Shown here piece after piece: positions 1-11,171 of a stretch of 64,000 bases of DNA. This DNA comes from Octopus sinensis (lineage: Eukaryota): the NCBI RefSeq assembly GCF_006345805.1, contig NC_043001.1, forward strand, positions 19,158,001 to 19,222,000, read 5' to 3'. The notes under the pieces were generated by a model, which did no database searches, was not told where the DNA came from, and worked only from the letters and a program-made list of their open reading frames with translations. The translations under genes were made by a program, and so were the position numbers. Within the stretch, counting starts at the first letter, position 1, and each line of letters begins with the position of its first letter.

Positions 1-361
1 TCTCTTATGGCGACCGAGAGAGTGGTGAAAGTGTTGCACAAGCTTTTGTCATCTAAATTCAGTGACGTACAAATGTCTCACAATTATTTCAGTTTTTTTT
101 ATCTGACAAACTGAAGCAATCATCATGTATGTATATACGTATGTATATAAGTATGTACGTATGCATGTATTGATGTCAGTATGTATGTGCATACGTATGT
201 CTGCCTGCATTCATATATGTATGTCTTTTTCGAGTTTTAATTTATTTGTTATGACCATTTATTTGTTTGTATTCCTTCAATTTGGGATTGAACAACAATA
301 TATTGTATGATGTATGTATTTATACTATTTAGCTCCTCTTTTTAAAAACTTGTTCTTACAG

Positions 362-650
362 ATAAAAAATCCCAATGCCGTAAGATCTGGCCCAAAGGAT
401 ATGGGTGTTGGAGCGAGACGGAATTGGAAAAAATTTTCAAAACCTACTCGGAAAAGGAATCACCGACAACCACTACTCCAACACCAGAAACCACTACTCT
501 AACACCAGAAACCACTAGTCTAACACCAGAAACCACTAGTCTAACACCAACAACCAAAAATCTAACACTGGTTTATTCTTTGGCCACACTTTTGGTATTA
601 GCGATCATATTTATTCTCTTCTTAATTTTATGGATATCATTTAGACGAAA
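362..650 (+). CDS. Paralogue A, exon encoding Cys-containing juxtamembrane segment, Thr/Pro stalk and TM helix
   Basis: Acceptor ttcttacag| and donor aa|gtaagt, phase 1 to 2. Reads KKSQCRKIWPKGYGCWSETELEKIFKTYSEKESPTTTTPT(PETTxLT)3PTTKNLTLVYSLATLLVLAIIFILFLILWISFRR, a hydrophobic TM followed by a basic stop-transfer. Confidence 0.85.
463..546 (+). repeat. Coding 21-nt tandem repeat x4 (PETTSLT-type mucin-like stalk)
   Basis: Units ccagaaaccactagtctaaca start at 484, 505 and 526, with a variant unit at 463. Exactly these 84 nt are absent from paralogue B. Confidence 0.9.
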
Positions 651-654
651 GTAA

Positions 655-850
655 GTAAAGTTTCTGTTTCGACCCCTGTTGTACTCTTTCGCCCAAAATT
701 TCTCTCAGTCTTTCTTCCTGTTTCTTGAGCAACGCTGCGATGGACTGGCGTCCCGTCCAGCGGGGTGGGGGGGGAGAGACACACATATGCCATAGAAACC
801 GGGAAACCGGGCCCATCAGCCTGGCTTGGCTTGAAAAGGGCGAATATAAA
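655..850 (+). mobile_element. SINE 3' half in intron
   Basis: Contains gcgatggactggcgtcccgtccag...gggaaaccgggccc. A related sequence follows a tRNA-like head at 61900-62215 (-). Confidence 0.6.
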
Positions 851-1502
851 ATACCAAAAAAATAACAGTATTAATAAAGATAATTTCTAACAGGGACACA
901 GGGTAGAAATTTTAGGGCTGGATTAGAAGTGGATACAGTTGTTTAGATATAGTAATATTTAGAGTCCCCAGAACAAAATAAATACAAATCATATCTCGGA
1001 GAGATTTGAATACAAAGCGTAAAGAAACGTAACTAAATTGTGTTGCTTTATTCGTTCAGTCAAAAAATCTATCTCTTATCCATAATTCTTGTTTGAAGGT
1101 GTCTACTCCAGCAATTTGCTGTTGTTTTACTCCAGAGACACAAGCATTATAAGTTAACAAAACACTCGATAATTTACAGTACTTCTACTCTACAACAACC
1201 AATTTTAAAAAATCCATGAAAGCTATTTATAGTGGACTGTAACAGCCAGAAGTAAGTGTTTTCGTTATAAATACCACACATATCAACATAGGTGTTGCCA
1301 GCCTTTCGCCTAATAATCCCGTTGGGATCCCCTTTCACACTGGTTTAATATTTAAAATTTTTTTCTGAAAGAAGAACTGGGTGGTGTTTGGAATCTAAAC
1401 GTAAATGAACGTACCTAAATCTCTCAAAATATTTTAACCGATGCCTTACACATCTTGCCGTTCACGTACCACTTAATGATATTCATTTGGTATTTCCTCC
1501 AG

Positions 1503-1572
1503 ACGAAACTCAACTAATGTTCAAAATGTAAATGAGAACAATCATCCGTATGAAGAAATCGATGAAACCACG
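1503..1572 (+). CDS. Paralogue A, cytoplasmic exon with YEEI motif
   Basis: Acceptor tatttcctccag| and donor acg|gttagt. Phase 2 to 0 exactly bridges the flanking exons. Reads (K)RNSTNVQNVNENNHPYEEIDETT. Confidence 0.82.
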
Positions 1573-2973
1573 GTTAGTACTTACTCTATTCCTCTCTCTC
1601 TATCACACACACACTCTCTCTCCCTCACACTCTTTCCTCCTCTCTTTTCTCCTCCTCCTCTCACTCTCTTTCCGTCTTTTTTTTTTTTATACATGCTTAA
1701 GTTATATTTTGTTATTTGAGTTTTTCACAAAATATTGGGCGATCACACTGCACGGCACCTGGGGTAAGTCTATTCTTCCATAGCCTTCAGTCGACCAAAG
1801 ACTTGTGGGGGGGAAATTAGACTGAAACGAAAAGACAGTATCGTTTGAGAAATAAAGTACATTGCTTCGTAGAGTACGAATGACAATGGAAGTAAAGTGC
1901 AAAGCAATCGGTGGAAAGGTCACCAGTTCACATTTTCTCACTGGTAGTAGTATTATAACCTCGACTATAATAATTAATTGTAGAGAACTGATTCTGTTTC
2001 TCCATCTCTTCCGAACAACAAAAAGTCTTCAGGTGCATCATATGACTTCAGGTATAACAACTTAACTTTCTTCCCTCCCTTATTAGTCTCACGCCCTTCG
2101 TTTTTACTCTTTCAACGTAGCACAGCTTCCGTGGAAGGTCGTAAGGATTAGCAACTCTATACTGACCCCACCACACACGGCTACATCTCGATAAAATGAG
2201 CTAGGGATAGGTAGTATTATTTCCTGTGCCCCTGACTGTCGCACATTTATTTCCCCGCTTCATATACTTTGTTGGGGCAATGAAATATAAGTTTATATAA
2301 CAAGCTTACAAGCGGATGTTTCCGCGCAAAATCTCTCATTTCGCATTTCCATCGATTGTGTCCCCGCAGCCCTTCACTGAAAACAAAATATCAAAACGCC
2401 CCTTAATTGGTCCACCTAGAGCAAAGAGAATGCTTTCGTACCTTCAACAGACGAAGGTAGATCAGTTTCTTTTCACCTGTTCCTGAAAACAACTCAACGG
2501 TTTAGGACTGTTCTGTCCATATTTCAAGCTGATGTTGGAAGCTATTTTGTCAAAACTATTGCCATTAATGCATCTTTCGTTTGGTGAGGTTTGTGTGAGA
2601 TTGCCAGTGGTGGTATTGAATTTATTGTTGTTGTTGCTGTTCCAGGTCTGTCCAACTGGAGAAAATCTATAAACAAATGCATTCCAGCAGAGAACGTCAT
2701 ATTTTTGAAAGATAGTGCGTGTAAGACTCTATTATCTGATTCAGGTGGTAGGGTGTAGTTTGAAGAACGTTTAGTTACCAAAATGATCAGACGGAACTTC
2801 ACTTTAAACAATTGGCCCCTGTTTTATTACATCGAAAAAATAAAATACAATGTAAACCTAGGTGGGATTTGAACTCAAAACGTAAGGAGATATAACGAAA
2901 TACTATAAGGTGACCGTTTCTACCATCCACTCATTCACACGGGTTTATATATTTTATTTTTATTTTATTACAG

Positions 2974-3171
2974 ACAACTATTTCCTTCTGCAATAGTAGT
3001 ATAGTGAATAAAAACACTGCAACAACAACAAACCCAAGAAACATCAGTGAGGAAACATATGAAGCCCTAGAAGAAGAGTCTGCTCCAAGATATGATAAAC
3101 TGGCTTTTAACGAACTGGAAATTGTGAACAATGAGAACAGAAATAACTCTTATCACGTCGTTGAAAAATAA
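2974..3171 (+). CDS. Paralogue A, terminal exon with ITAM-like motif
   Basis: Acceptor ttttattacag|, phase 0. Reads TTISFCNSSIVNKNTATTTNPRNISEETYEALEEESAPRYDKLAFNELEIVNNENRNNSYHVVEK*, with TAA at 3169-3171. Confidence 0.82.
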   Translation, partial: TTISFCNSSIVNKNTATTTNPRNISEETYEALEEESAPRYDKLAFNELEIVNNENRNNSYHVVEK

Positions 3172-3371
3172 AATCTACTGGTGATAACGATACGTTTTAT
3201 AACTTAATAATTAATCAAAATCTGTTACAAGTAGCAATCTGTTACTGTTCGATAACCAAAACCTATCGATAGATGATAACAATGTCTTGATGGTTTTCAA
3301 TAGAATATATCACGTGATACCATTATTGGAGTTATCTCACTTCCTTTTTGTTTTCAGATTTTAAAATGTGA

Positions 3372-3446
3372 GATTTCTTCCCTGAAGACGGGGGAAATTG
3401 ATTCCAACGTCAGATGAGACGAGCCCCCGTCTTCAGGGAAGAAATC
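3372..3446. repeat. Hairpin with 23-bp perfect arms and 29-nt loop, downstream of the paralogue A stop
   Basis: gatttcttccctgaagacggggg ... cccccgtcttcagggaagaaatc. The copy at ~20390-20464 has one G-U change. Confidence 0.9.
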
Positions 3447-3561
3447 CTATATTTGAGGTGTTGACAGAAGGGAGATTAAAGGTGGAATTACGATGGAATA
3501 CGACTTTTCTTCAACCCTTTAATTCTTGATATCATTTCTATTCTGTGTAAGTCGGAACTTT

Positions 3562-3607
<46 letters not shown>

Positions 3608-5610
3608 TAACACCTTGTTCAAGTGTCCTTTATCACAATTACAGACCGATCCAAGGCGTTGTAAATTAAATGGCATAGACGGGTAATCTCCATAAGATCG
3701 TCGGATGAGCTTTATCTGTTATGGACTGGTAGACTTAATCCCGCCAATCGGTCCCTCACCACCACATGGTCCCTGATTGCTTTTAGCGAGGTATACCCTT
3801 TTGCAAAACATTATGTTGCATTGAGATTAAACAGCAACAACTGGATTTACAGAATAAGAACTTAAATAAAACTTTATTTCTGAGAAAGATCTTTTTATTG
3901 TAGCCTCCCTTCATTGAATAACCTCCCCTCGGAAATGTTACTCTGATGCGTATTAAGTTGTTCAAAGTTATTTCCCATCTATAGGATTTATTTATCATTA
4001 TCCTTTTAATCCAGATATTTATGTTCTTTTCACACATCTGATACGTATTGATCTCTTCCATGACGTTTTTTTTTTGTCTTTTTGTTAAATAAATTGAATA
4101 GCAATTGTGAATTGTAACTCATTGATTTCTAATATACGGCCAAAAATTTTGGGTAAAGGGATAGTCGATTAAATCTTTACAGAACTGTATTTATTTTATT
4201 GACTCCTGACAGATGAACGGCAAAGCCGATTTCGATGGTGGTACTTGAACTTAGAAAGCGAATTTAAGCAACTAAATATAGCTATACTATCGATTTTGCC
4301 AATCTTCCGTCCTTAATAATGTTAACAGATTATTTAAAAAACATGTAACATAAATGGGAGAACGTTTGAAGACAGCGCATTTTCCTTGAACAGAGAAACG
4401 GATCATAATTCTTGCAGCAAAATAAACTTCGTTGACGGCAACTAAAAGCCGAAAAGTGGCGTTGATATTATTATTTAGATTCAGACCAATACTAATCAAT
4501 TATATCTATGATGAACGATATTCCAGTCTTAATTATCTTACCTTTTCGTATAACCAGGGCTACATATTCTAATCTTAAGACTGTAGGATGCAATCAAGGT
4601 GCGAAATTCGGTGCTTTCTTCCAGCAGAACAGCTTGTTCGGGCTACATCAGCACTAACAAAGAAAAAATATTGTAAACAGTTACAAGTTGGCAAGACACA
4701 CTTGAAACCAAATTTATATTCAACCAAGAAGAACTGTAAAATAAAATCAGGAAATGAAAATTTCTTCTAAAAATACTAGAAACAAAATCTGATGAATCTA
4801 CGAAATGGTAACAAAATACAGAGAAAAATATATTCGAGATACTCAAGAATACTGAATTCTACCAATGACACATTGTCACTCATTTCAGAGATGGAACGTG
4901 GATCGATTCCAGTTCTTGACTGATACTACTTATTTTATCCACCTCGAAGGAACGAAAAGCAAAGCTCATTTTGGCGAAATTTGAACCCGGAAAGTAAAGA
5001 AAATACCAGAAAGTATTTTGCATGCAACTCTACAGATTTTACAATCAACCTAATTCAGTAACATTCCATATAAATACTTCTAAAATAATAGATAAATGCA
5101 TCTAAAGTATTTCTAATGATTGACCATTTTGTTTACATACCAGCTGGAGACTAATTGTAAACTAACAATAATCGTGAGAAGAATAATTCTGTTACACGGT
5201 TCTCTGGTCTAATTGTGTAATTTTGCTCTAAAATGCCAAGAACAATCCTGGAAACAAGCATTATCTAGAAATTTTAAAAAAGTAAAATTCGGTTTTAAGA
5301 GCGGAACATTCTATACGATTGTAATCATTAAATAAATACCTTTCATCTAGTAACATCACGATTCCTGTTTTATTTTTAATTGAGTTTCAATGAGTTATTT
5401 TATTTCATTTTGTCCCTTCTTCTGCACGTCATTCTGATACTGTCACCATGAGTTGAACCGAACCAGCTACAGTTATTTCGATAAATGTTTCAACTTAGAT
5501 CAGATACCATATTTATTTACTGCTGTTTAAATAATGTTGTTGATTTAGATACAAAGTTCAATGCTTACAGAGACCAAGATTTTTATATAAATAAATATTC
5601 CACAAATATC

Positions 5611-6065
5611 CTTACTTACTTGTACTTGTAACGGCGTTTACCCAGGGCGGGTTTACCCAGCGCAGACCGACCACCTGCGGACCTGAGAGTTCGGAGAGGT
5701 CCTCCTTTATCGTCGTTGCCCAGGTCTTCAGCTGCCGGCCCGTGCGTTTGCGCCAGTTGGGAAGTGGAGTTGGGAGGAGGACATCGCGAATCAGCTCACC
5801 TTCTGGACACCGGACCGCATGACCGAACCACCTTAAGCGCCGTTGTAGAAGCACCGAAGGGAGAAGCCGGAGATTCAGGCGATGACGAAGACCGGCTGTA
5901 GAAACCCGATCAATGCGTCGGCAGCGAAGATTGCGGCGGAGACAATCATTGTCGAACACCTCCAGCCTTCGCTGATCTATTCCCCTCATAGGCCATGTTT
6001 CACAACTACAGAGGAGGATTGTACGACCGACGGCCTGATAGATTCGCCCTTTGGTCACTGCGGAG
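5611..6065 (-). mobile_element. RTE-clade LINE 3' fragment
   Basis: Encodes ILLCSCETW...RRLRWFGHAVR...RTGRQLKTW and ends in a (caagta)n-type tail. It has a ~100-nt internal deletion relative to the IR1 copy at 16678-17222. Confidence 0.9.
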
Positions 6066-6492
6066 ATCTCTCTTCTGTCCTACAAGCACAAAAATCCTAC
6101 ATAAATATGACTCAATAATTTGGCGGATCAGTTTTCAATTTAATCCGTTACATGACAAAAATATTGGCATATACATGACAAACACAGGATAAGGCGTACA
6201 GGTCGCAACACAGCATCTCATTCTATTATTCACCACACCAGGTAATGATGCAGAGAATGATCTTCGTATGAATAGAACATCTTGAAGATATACATCTTAG
6301 ATATTTATGGCTCGCACCTAGTAGTTCGATCAACTACCCTCATAACATATCTCTGCTCGATTATATTTGAGGAATGACAGCATCACCAATAGTCATACAA
6401 AATATAAAATGGACAGCATTGGGTGCATGCCTAACCAGTCGCACTGCATGTCGGAATATGGAATTTTATTCAGTTAGGCTGTCAGTTAGGTA

Positions 6493-7542
6493 CAAGATGT
6501 TTGAAATCCTTCAGTTCTATGGGATACCAGACAAAATCATTTCTGCCATCAAGGTCCTCTACACAGATACGTCTTCAACCATCTTAACCCCTGACGGAGA
6601 AACATCATCTTTCTCAATCAAAGCCAGAATACTGCAGGGAGATACACTCGCCCCATTTCTTTTCATCATTGTCGGTGACTATGTGCTACGTATGTCGTTG
6701 ATACCATCTCTGGCAAGGGCTTTGAAATAAAACCAAGAAGAAGTTCCAGACACCCAGCTGAATACTTGACAGACACTGACTTTGCTGACGACATCGCTCT
6801 TATCAGTGATTCTCTCTCCAATGCCCAGTCTCTTTTACAATCTCTTGAACAAGCCTCAAATTGTGTAGGTCTTTACCTCAATGAGGCCAAGACTGAATAT
6901 ATAAACAAGTGCCTGTCCAACAGTGATTGCGTCATCTATACTCTCAACAATGCGCCCTTAAATATGGTTTCTGATTACAAATATCTTGGGTCATACATAT
7001 CATCATCTGGAAAAGATTTTCTAACTAGAAAGGGTATGGCCTGGTCAGCCTGTAATGACATGCATAAGATCTGGTCATCAAATCTAAGTAGAGACTTCAA
7101 ACTTGAAATCTTCAAAGCCACAGTCGAACCAATTCTACTATATGGCTCAGAAACCTGGACGTTATCAAAGAAGCTTGAGAGGCGGTTGGATGGAACCTAT
7201 ACTTGCCTCCTTATGAGAGCTCAAAATCTCTGGTGGAAGCGTCATCCAACCAAGATGCAAATATATGGGAAACTACCACATGTGTCATCTCTTGTGAAGG
7301 GTTGGAGAGTCCAGTTTGCTGGACATTGTTGTAGAGCTGAAAACGAGGCAATTTCTACTCTTCTCCTCTGGAAGCCATCTGCTCGGGATACCAGAGGGCG
7401 CACACTCTCCTACCCTGATGTAATCTCCAGGGATACAGGCATCCAGCAACAGGACCTCCGTATTGCGATGATGGACCGTGAAGTCTGGCTTAGCATGGTA
7501 AATTCCATTGTCTCGACCTCGGTCGATCAATGATGATGATGA
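6493..7542 (+). mobile_element. 5'-truncated RTE-clade LINE inserted only in the left IR1 arm
   Basis: RT motifs ILQGDTLAPFLF, DFADDIAL, YKYLGS and ILLYGSETW, one stop, and a (tga)n tail. The empty site ggta|tatctgg is present in the right arm near 16245. Confidence 0.93.
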
Positions 7543-8452
7543 TATCTGGAACTACAAATCTGTAAATTGCACCTCGTCATTCGCGACTCGACTATTTCCG
7601 CACCAAATGACTTCTTGGTCATCATCAACTTGATGTTTGGCAACGAAAAAGCCCGTATATGATCAACTGAATTATCAGATATAACATCCAAATCAGCCCT
7701 AAATTACACTCTACCACCTCGAAAAAGAAAGGGCACATTTTGAAATGTAACAACAAGTGGCCCAGAATTGTTCTTCGTTAAAAGCATATCCATTTAAATA
7801 AAGCACGATTACATTTCTCTTGGAAAGTTATTTTTCGTGTAAGAAAATAAAAGTTGTTTTCCTATGCGTTCATAACAGCCCGGTGTCAAGTGCATTATAC
7901 GATAGACAGGCGTTAAATAGTAACAACATGATTCAATGGTGTGATTTAAAAGACATTCACCTCATTCTGATATATTAAAGGAAGACACATGATTAAGTAA
8001 ACATAAAAACAGTTTTATTTCATTGGGAAACTCTTATTGGACATAATATACTACTTTCCCACTTGATCTACAACATTAACTATTGAGTGTAGGCATGACT
8101 ATTTCACAGAATTGCCTGCGATAGATGCTAGTTCATGCTGTGGGCCCAAGTGCTTTTCTTTTTTTTTTTATTGTACAGCCACTTTTTTGTTAGCTAAAGA
8201 TGTTGCAAGTTGAGAAATACTATCGATATTACCTCAAAAATATGTGCCATTTGTGTCCAACACAAAGAGGATTTTGAGAACAACATCTACTGCGCGACCC
8301 CCATCCAAGGGATGAGTATGGCAGCAATACCCGAAGAAGCAGCTGCAATAGTCAGTCCTTTGTGTTGACAAATATTCATAAAATGTCTACAAAATTAGGA
8401 ATGCTTTTCCAGTTCTGTCGATAAAATAAACTCCAGCACCACTTTACTGAAA

Positions 8453-8846
8453 CTAGCAGTATCGCCCGGTGTTGCTCGGGTTTGTTTCGACCCTTTAGAA
8501 TTGAAACTTTTGAAAAGTAAAAATTTTGCATTATATAGCTTGTTATTCTCTTTAAGTGAACATTTTTCTGGTTAAAATACACCGAAAAATGGCGACACAG
8601 CAGTCAAAAAATCGTAAAAAATAAGGATTTTCATAGAAAAAGAAGCACCTTTTTGATTTAAATAATTTTTGGTCTTAACATGGTCCGATTTGAATTTTTT
8701 TCTTCTACGGAATGAAGAACAAGCCTTCTTCTATCATACTCTCAATTTTGGTCAACTTGCGCCGCAGAGTCTCGGAGGAGATAGTGTTAGTTGAAGGCTG
8801 CCAAACCTGCCATACACAGACAACTTCAGCTTTATATATAGAGAGA
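8453..8846 (-). mobile_element. Non-autonomous Helitron-like element
   Basis: Minus strand reads A|TCtctatatataaagctg ... cccgagcaacaccgggcgatactgCTAG|T (5' TC, 3' hairpin and CTAG, A/T target). Sister copy at 45211-45536. Confidence 0.8.
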
Positions 8847-9219
8847 TTTATGAAAAATAGAATAAGCTTTCCTCGTGTTGGCAGTAAATTCGGGTTTGTA
8901 AATATAATGTGATACGTCTTTTAAAATTTCTGTTCTACATTATTAACTTCAGTGTGGTTAGGTTGAGAAAGGCCATATGTTTGATGTTCTTGGAATTTAT
9001 ATTTTTTTGTCAACGAGGACTGCCTTATAATTTCATCTACGTAAATCTATTTCAATGTCACCATAAATATTTTTAGATGCTTGAAACCTTCAAGTTCATC
9101 ATGTTATTTGTCAGACTGAATCGCTTACAGCGTTTTAACAGCAAACGGGAAAGAACGCTCAACACTTGTTTGAAATACAGAAACTATTATGTTGCTGGCA
9201 TCAGATTTACAGGGTATCA

Positions 9220-9530
9220 TTCTTCAGTAGTCCAAGTATAAAATATTTCTATCTCTAAGTGTGGCGAACCTTCATCAGTTTTATTCGAAGATCTTGCTGA
9301 GAGCTTGTGCTCTGATCTTTTTGTAGAGGTGTCATAAAAAGAAGTGCTTATGTTAACTGACGTTTGTATTACTGGGCATCATTTTTCGGTAGTCCAAGTA
9401 TAAAACATGTCTGTCTAAGAGTGTGGCAATCCTTCATAAGTTTTAATCGAAGATTTTGCAGAGAACTTGTGTTCTGCCCATCATGGTGAGGAGTCGTAAA
9501 AAGAAGTGTTGATGTTGACTGACGTTTGTA
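9220..9530. repeat. Diverged 162-bp tandem duplication
   Basis: tccaagtata occurs at 9231 and 9393, and the rest of the two units aligns by eye. Confidence 0.8.
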
Positions 9531-9704
9531 TTTGTCAGTGACAGAGTTTGATATGAATATATACTTATATAAAAAATAATAAAACATGTGTGTGTGTGTG
9601 TGTGTGTGTGTGTACATGGATGCTTGCGCATTTGTGTGAAAGTAACGTAAATTCCTCCATCCACCCATACATACATACATACTTACATACATACATACAT
9701 ACAC

Positions 9705-10125
9705 GTATCGGACGACAGGACATCAAAAGATCTCCTATATAGGGAATTGGCCACCGACACAAGATCACGAAGACGACCTCATCTTCGTTTCAAGGACGTC
9801 TGCGAGAGAGATATGAAGTCGCTTGATCTGAGATGGGAGGAGGTAGCAAATGATCGCCCAGGCTGGAGACAAATACTGCGAAAGTGGATGAAGTGAGGAG
9901 AAATGAAAAAGGAATTCGCCTCCAAAGAAAAGCGTACTCGACAGAAAGAAAAAAAAAACAGTAGCGCCGGCAGAGAGCTTCTTCAAATGTAGTCACTGTA
10001 TGAGTGAGTGTCACTCTCGTGCGAGCTGCTACAGCCACAGCAGACGCTAAGCAACCATCAGCAGCTGACACAATTTCTTCGGTTGGAGATCCATGGCCTT
10101 TCGAAATCGACGGTTGACTACTACA
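9705..10125 (+). mobile_element. RTE (BovB-like) LINE 3' fragment
   Basis: Translates to PKDLLYRELATDTRSRRRPHLRFKDVCERDMKSLDLRWEEVANDRPGWR. Confidence 0.8.
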
Positions 10126-10169
<44 letters not shown>

Positions 10170-10632
10170 ACAATAATTGTTTCTTGTCAGGAACAAAAAA
10201 AGGTTTAATAGGACTGCAATAGAAGTGCTCTATTGGAAGAGACAAAAATATCAAACTAAAATCATTGAACAAGCAAATACAAAGTCAACAGCATGTCATT
10301 TCATAATTCGAACATTTAATTATAGAATAAACATATAACCCGCAAGATGGAACAAAATTCATATATACAGCACATAATAATAATAATATGGTATGGTGCG
10401 AGAAAAATTCTTATCATTAAAACTTAGAATTAATATTCTAGCGATTCAAAGAGAATACATTTATAAAAGGACTTAGAAAGCAAAATATAATATAAGTAAT
10501 ATATAAAAATATATAGGTATATAAAAATATAATATATATATATCGTGTAAATAAAGTAAAATAAGGTTCATCGTTTAGAAATCTTAATCAGGTAAAATAA
10601 GCCTTATATATAGGAAGGAAATCATTTTTACT

Positions 10633-10714
10633 TATCCCTATGGCCATTTCAGGGGTGTATTATGTTTAAAGCACAAGGGTGCATTCAGATAATACCTCCT
10701 TCGTCAGGGGGAAA
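10633..10714 (-). ncRNA. Type I hammerhead ribozyme (PLE pLTR)
   Basis: ccc-CUGACGA-stem II (agg..gtattat/ataatac..cct)-GAAAU-ggcc-AUA-ggg. Stem III is short and palindromic. Predicted cleavage is after AUA (10639/10638). Confidence 0.75.
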
Positions 10715-11171
10715 AAAAATATATATATAAACGCAAAGATAGCAATCACGCACCAGGCCCGTACGGTGTTGTTTGCTTTCCCACTTTGGTATTCATGCAC
10801 GGATAGCCCAAAAGACAAGGCAGTGTGAAGAATTTTTGCTTTTAAATCAGTAGAGGAAGCGGTAAAAAAAAAAAAATTTTTTTTAATTTTCAAATCAAAA
10901 TTAATTCCAATTAATTAAAATTGAACTAAATTGACTTAAAAAGAGCATCCGTGGTTTCAAATCCTGCAAAACTTAAATACTTTTATTTTTCAATTTATTT
11001 ACTTTCTATATACTCAAAAAGAATGGGTTTACTTAACTAAATTAAACTGAATTAATTGGGTTAAAATTAAATTAAATTAAATTTAGCCTTCGAGGTTTCA
11101 AATCCTGCAATATCTAAATCAGTTATTTTTATTTTTTTTATTTTTTTACAACTTATCTTTTCGTAAATCCA

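Larger units (their letters stand above)
1..8169. repeat. Left arm of inverted duplication IR1 (pairs with 15625-22670)
   Basis: Position 1 'tctcttatggcgaccgagag' is the reverse complement of 22651-22670. Colinear reverse-complement identity continues to the poly-T at ~8169, matching the poly-A at ~15625. The arms differ by scattered substitutions and arm-specific indels (1603-2712 and 6493-7542 only in the left arm; 17884-18885 only in the right arm). Confidence 0.97.

Noticed and set aside
4785-4815. CTGATGA..GAAAT motif (also at ~19030-19055)
   Set aside because: Stem II and the NUH site do not form.
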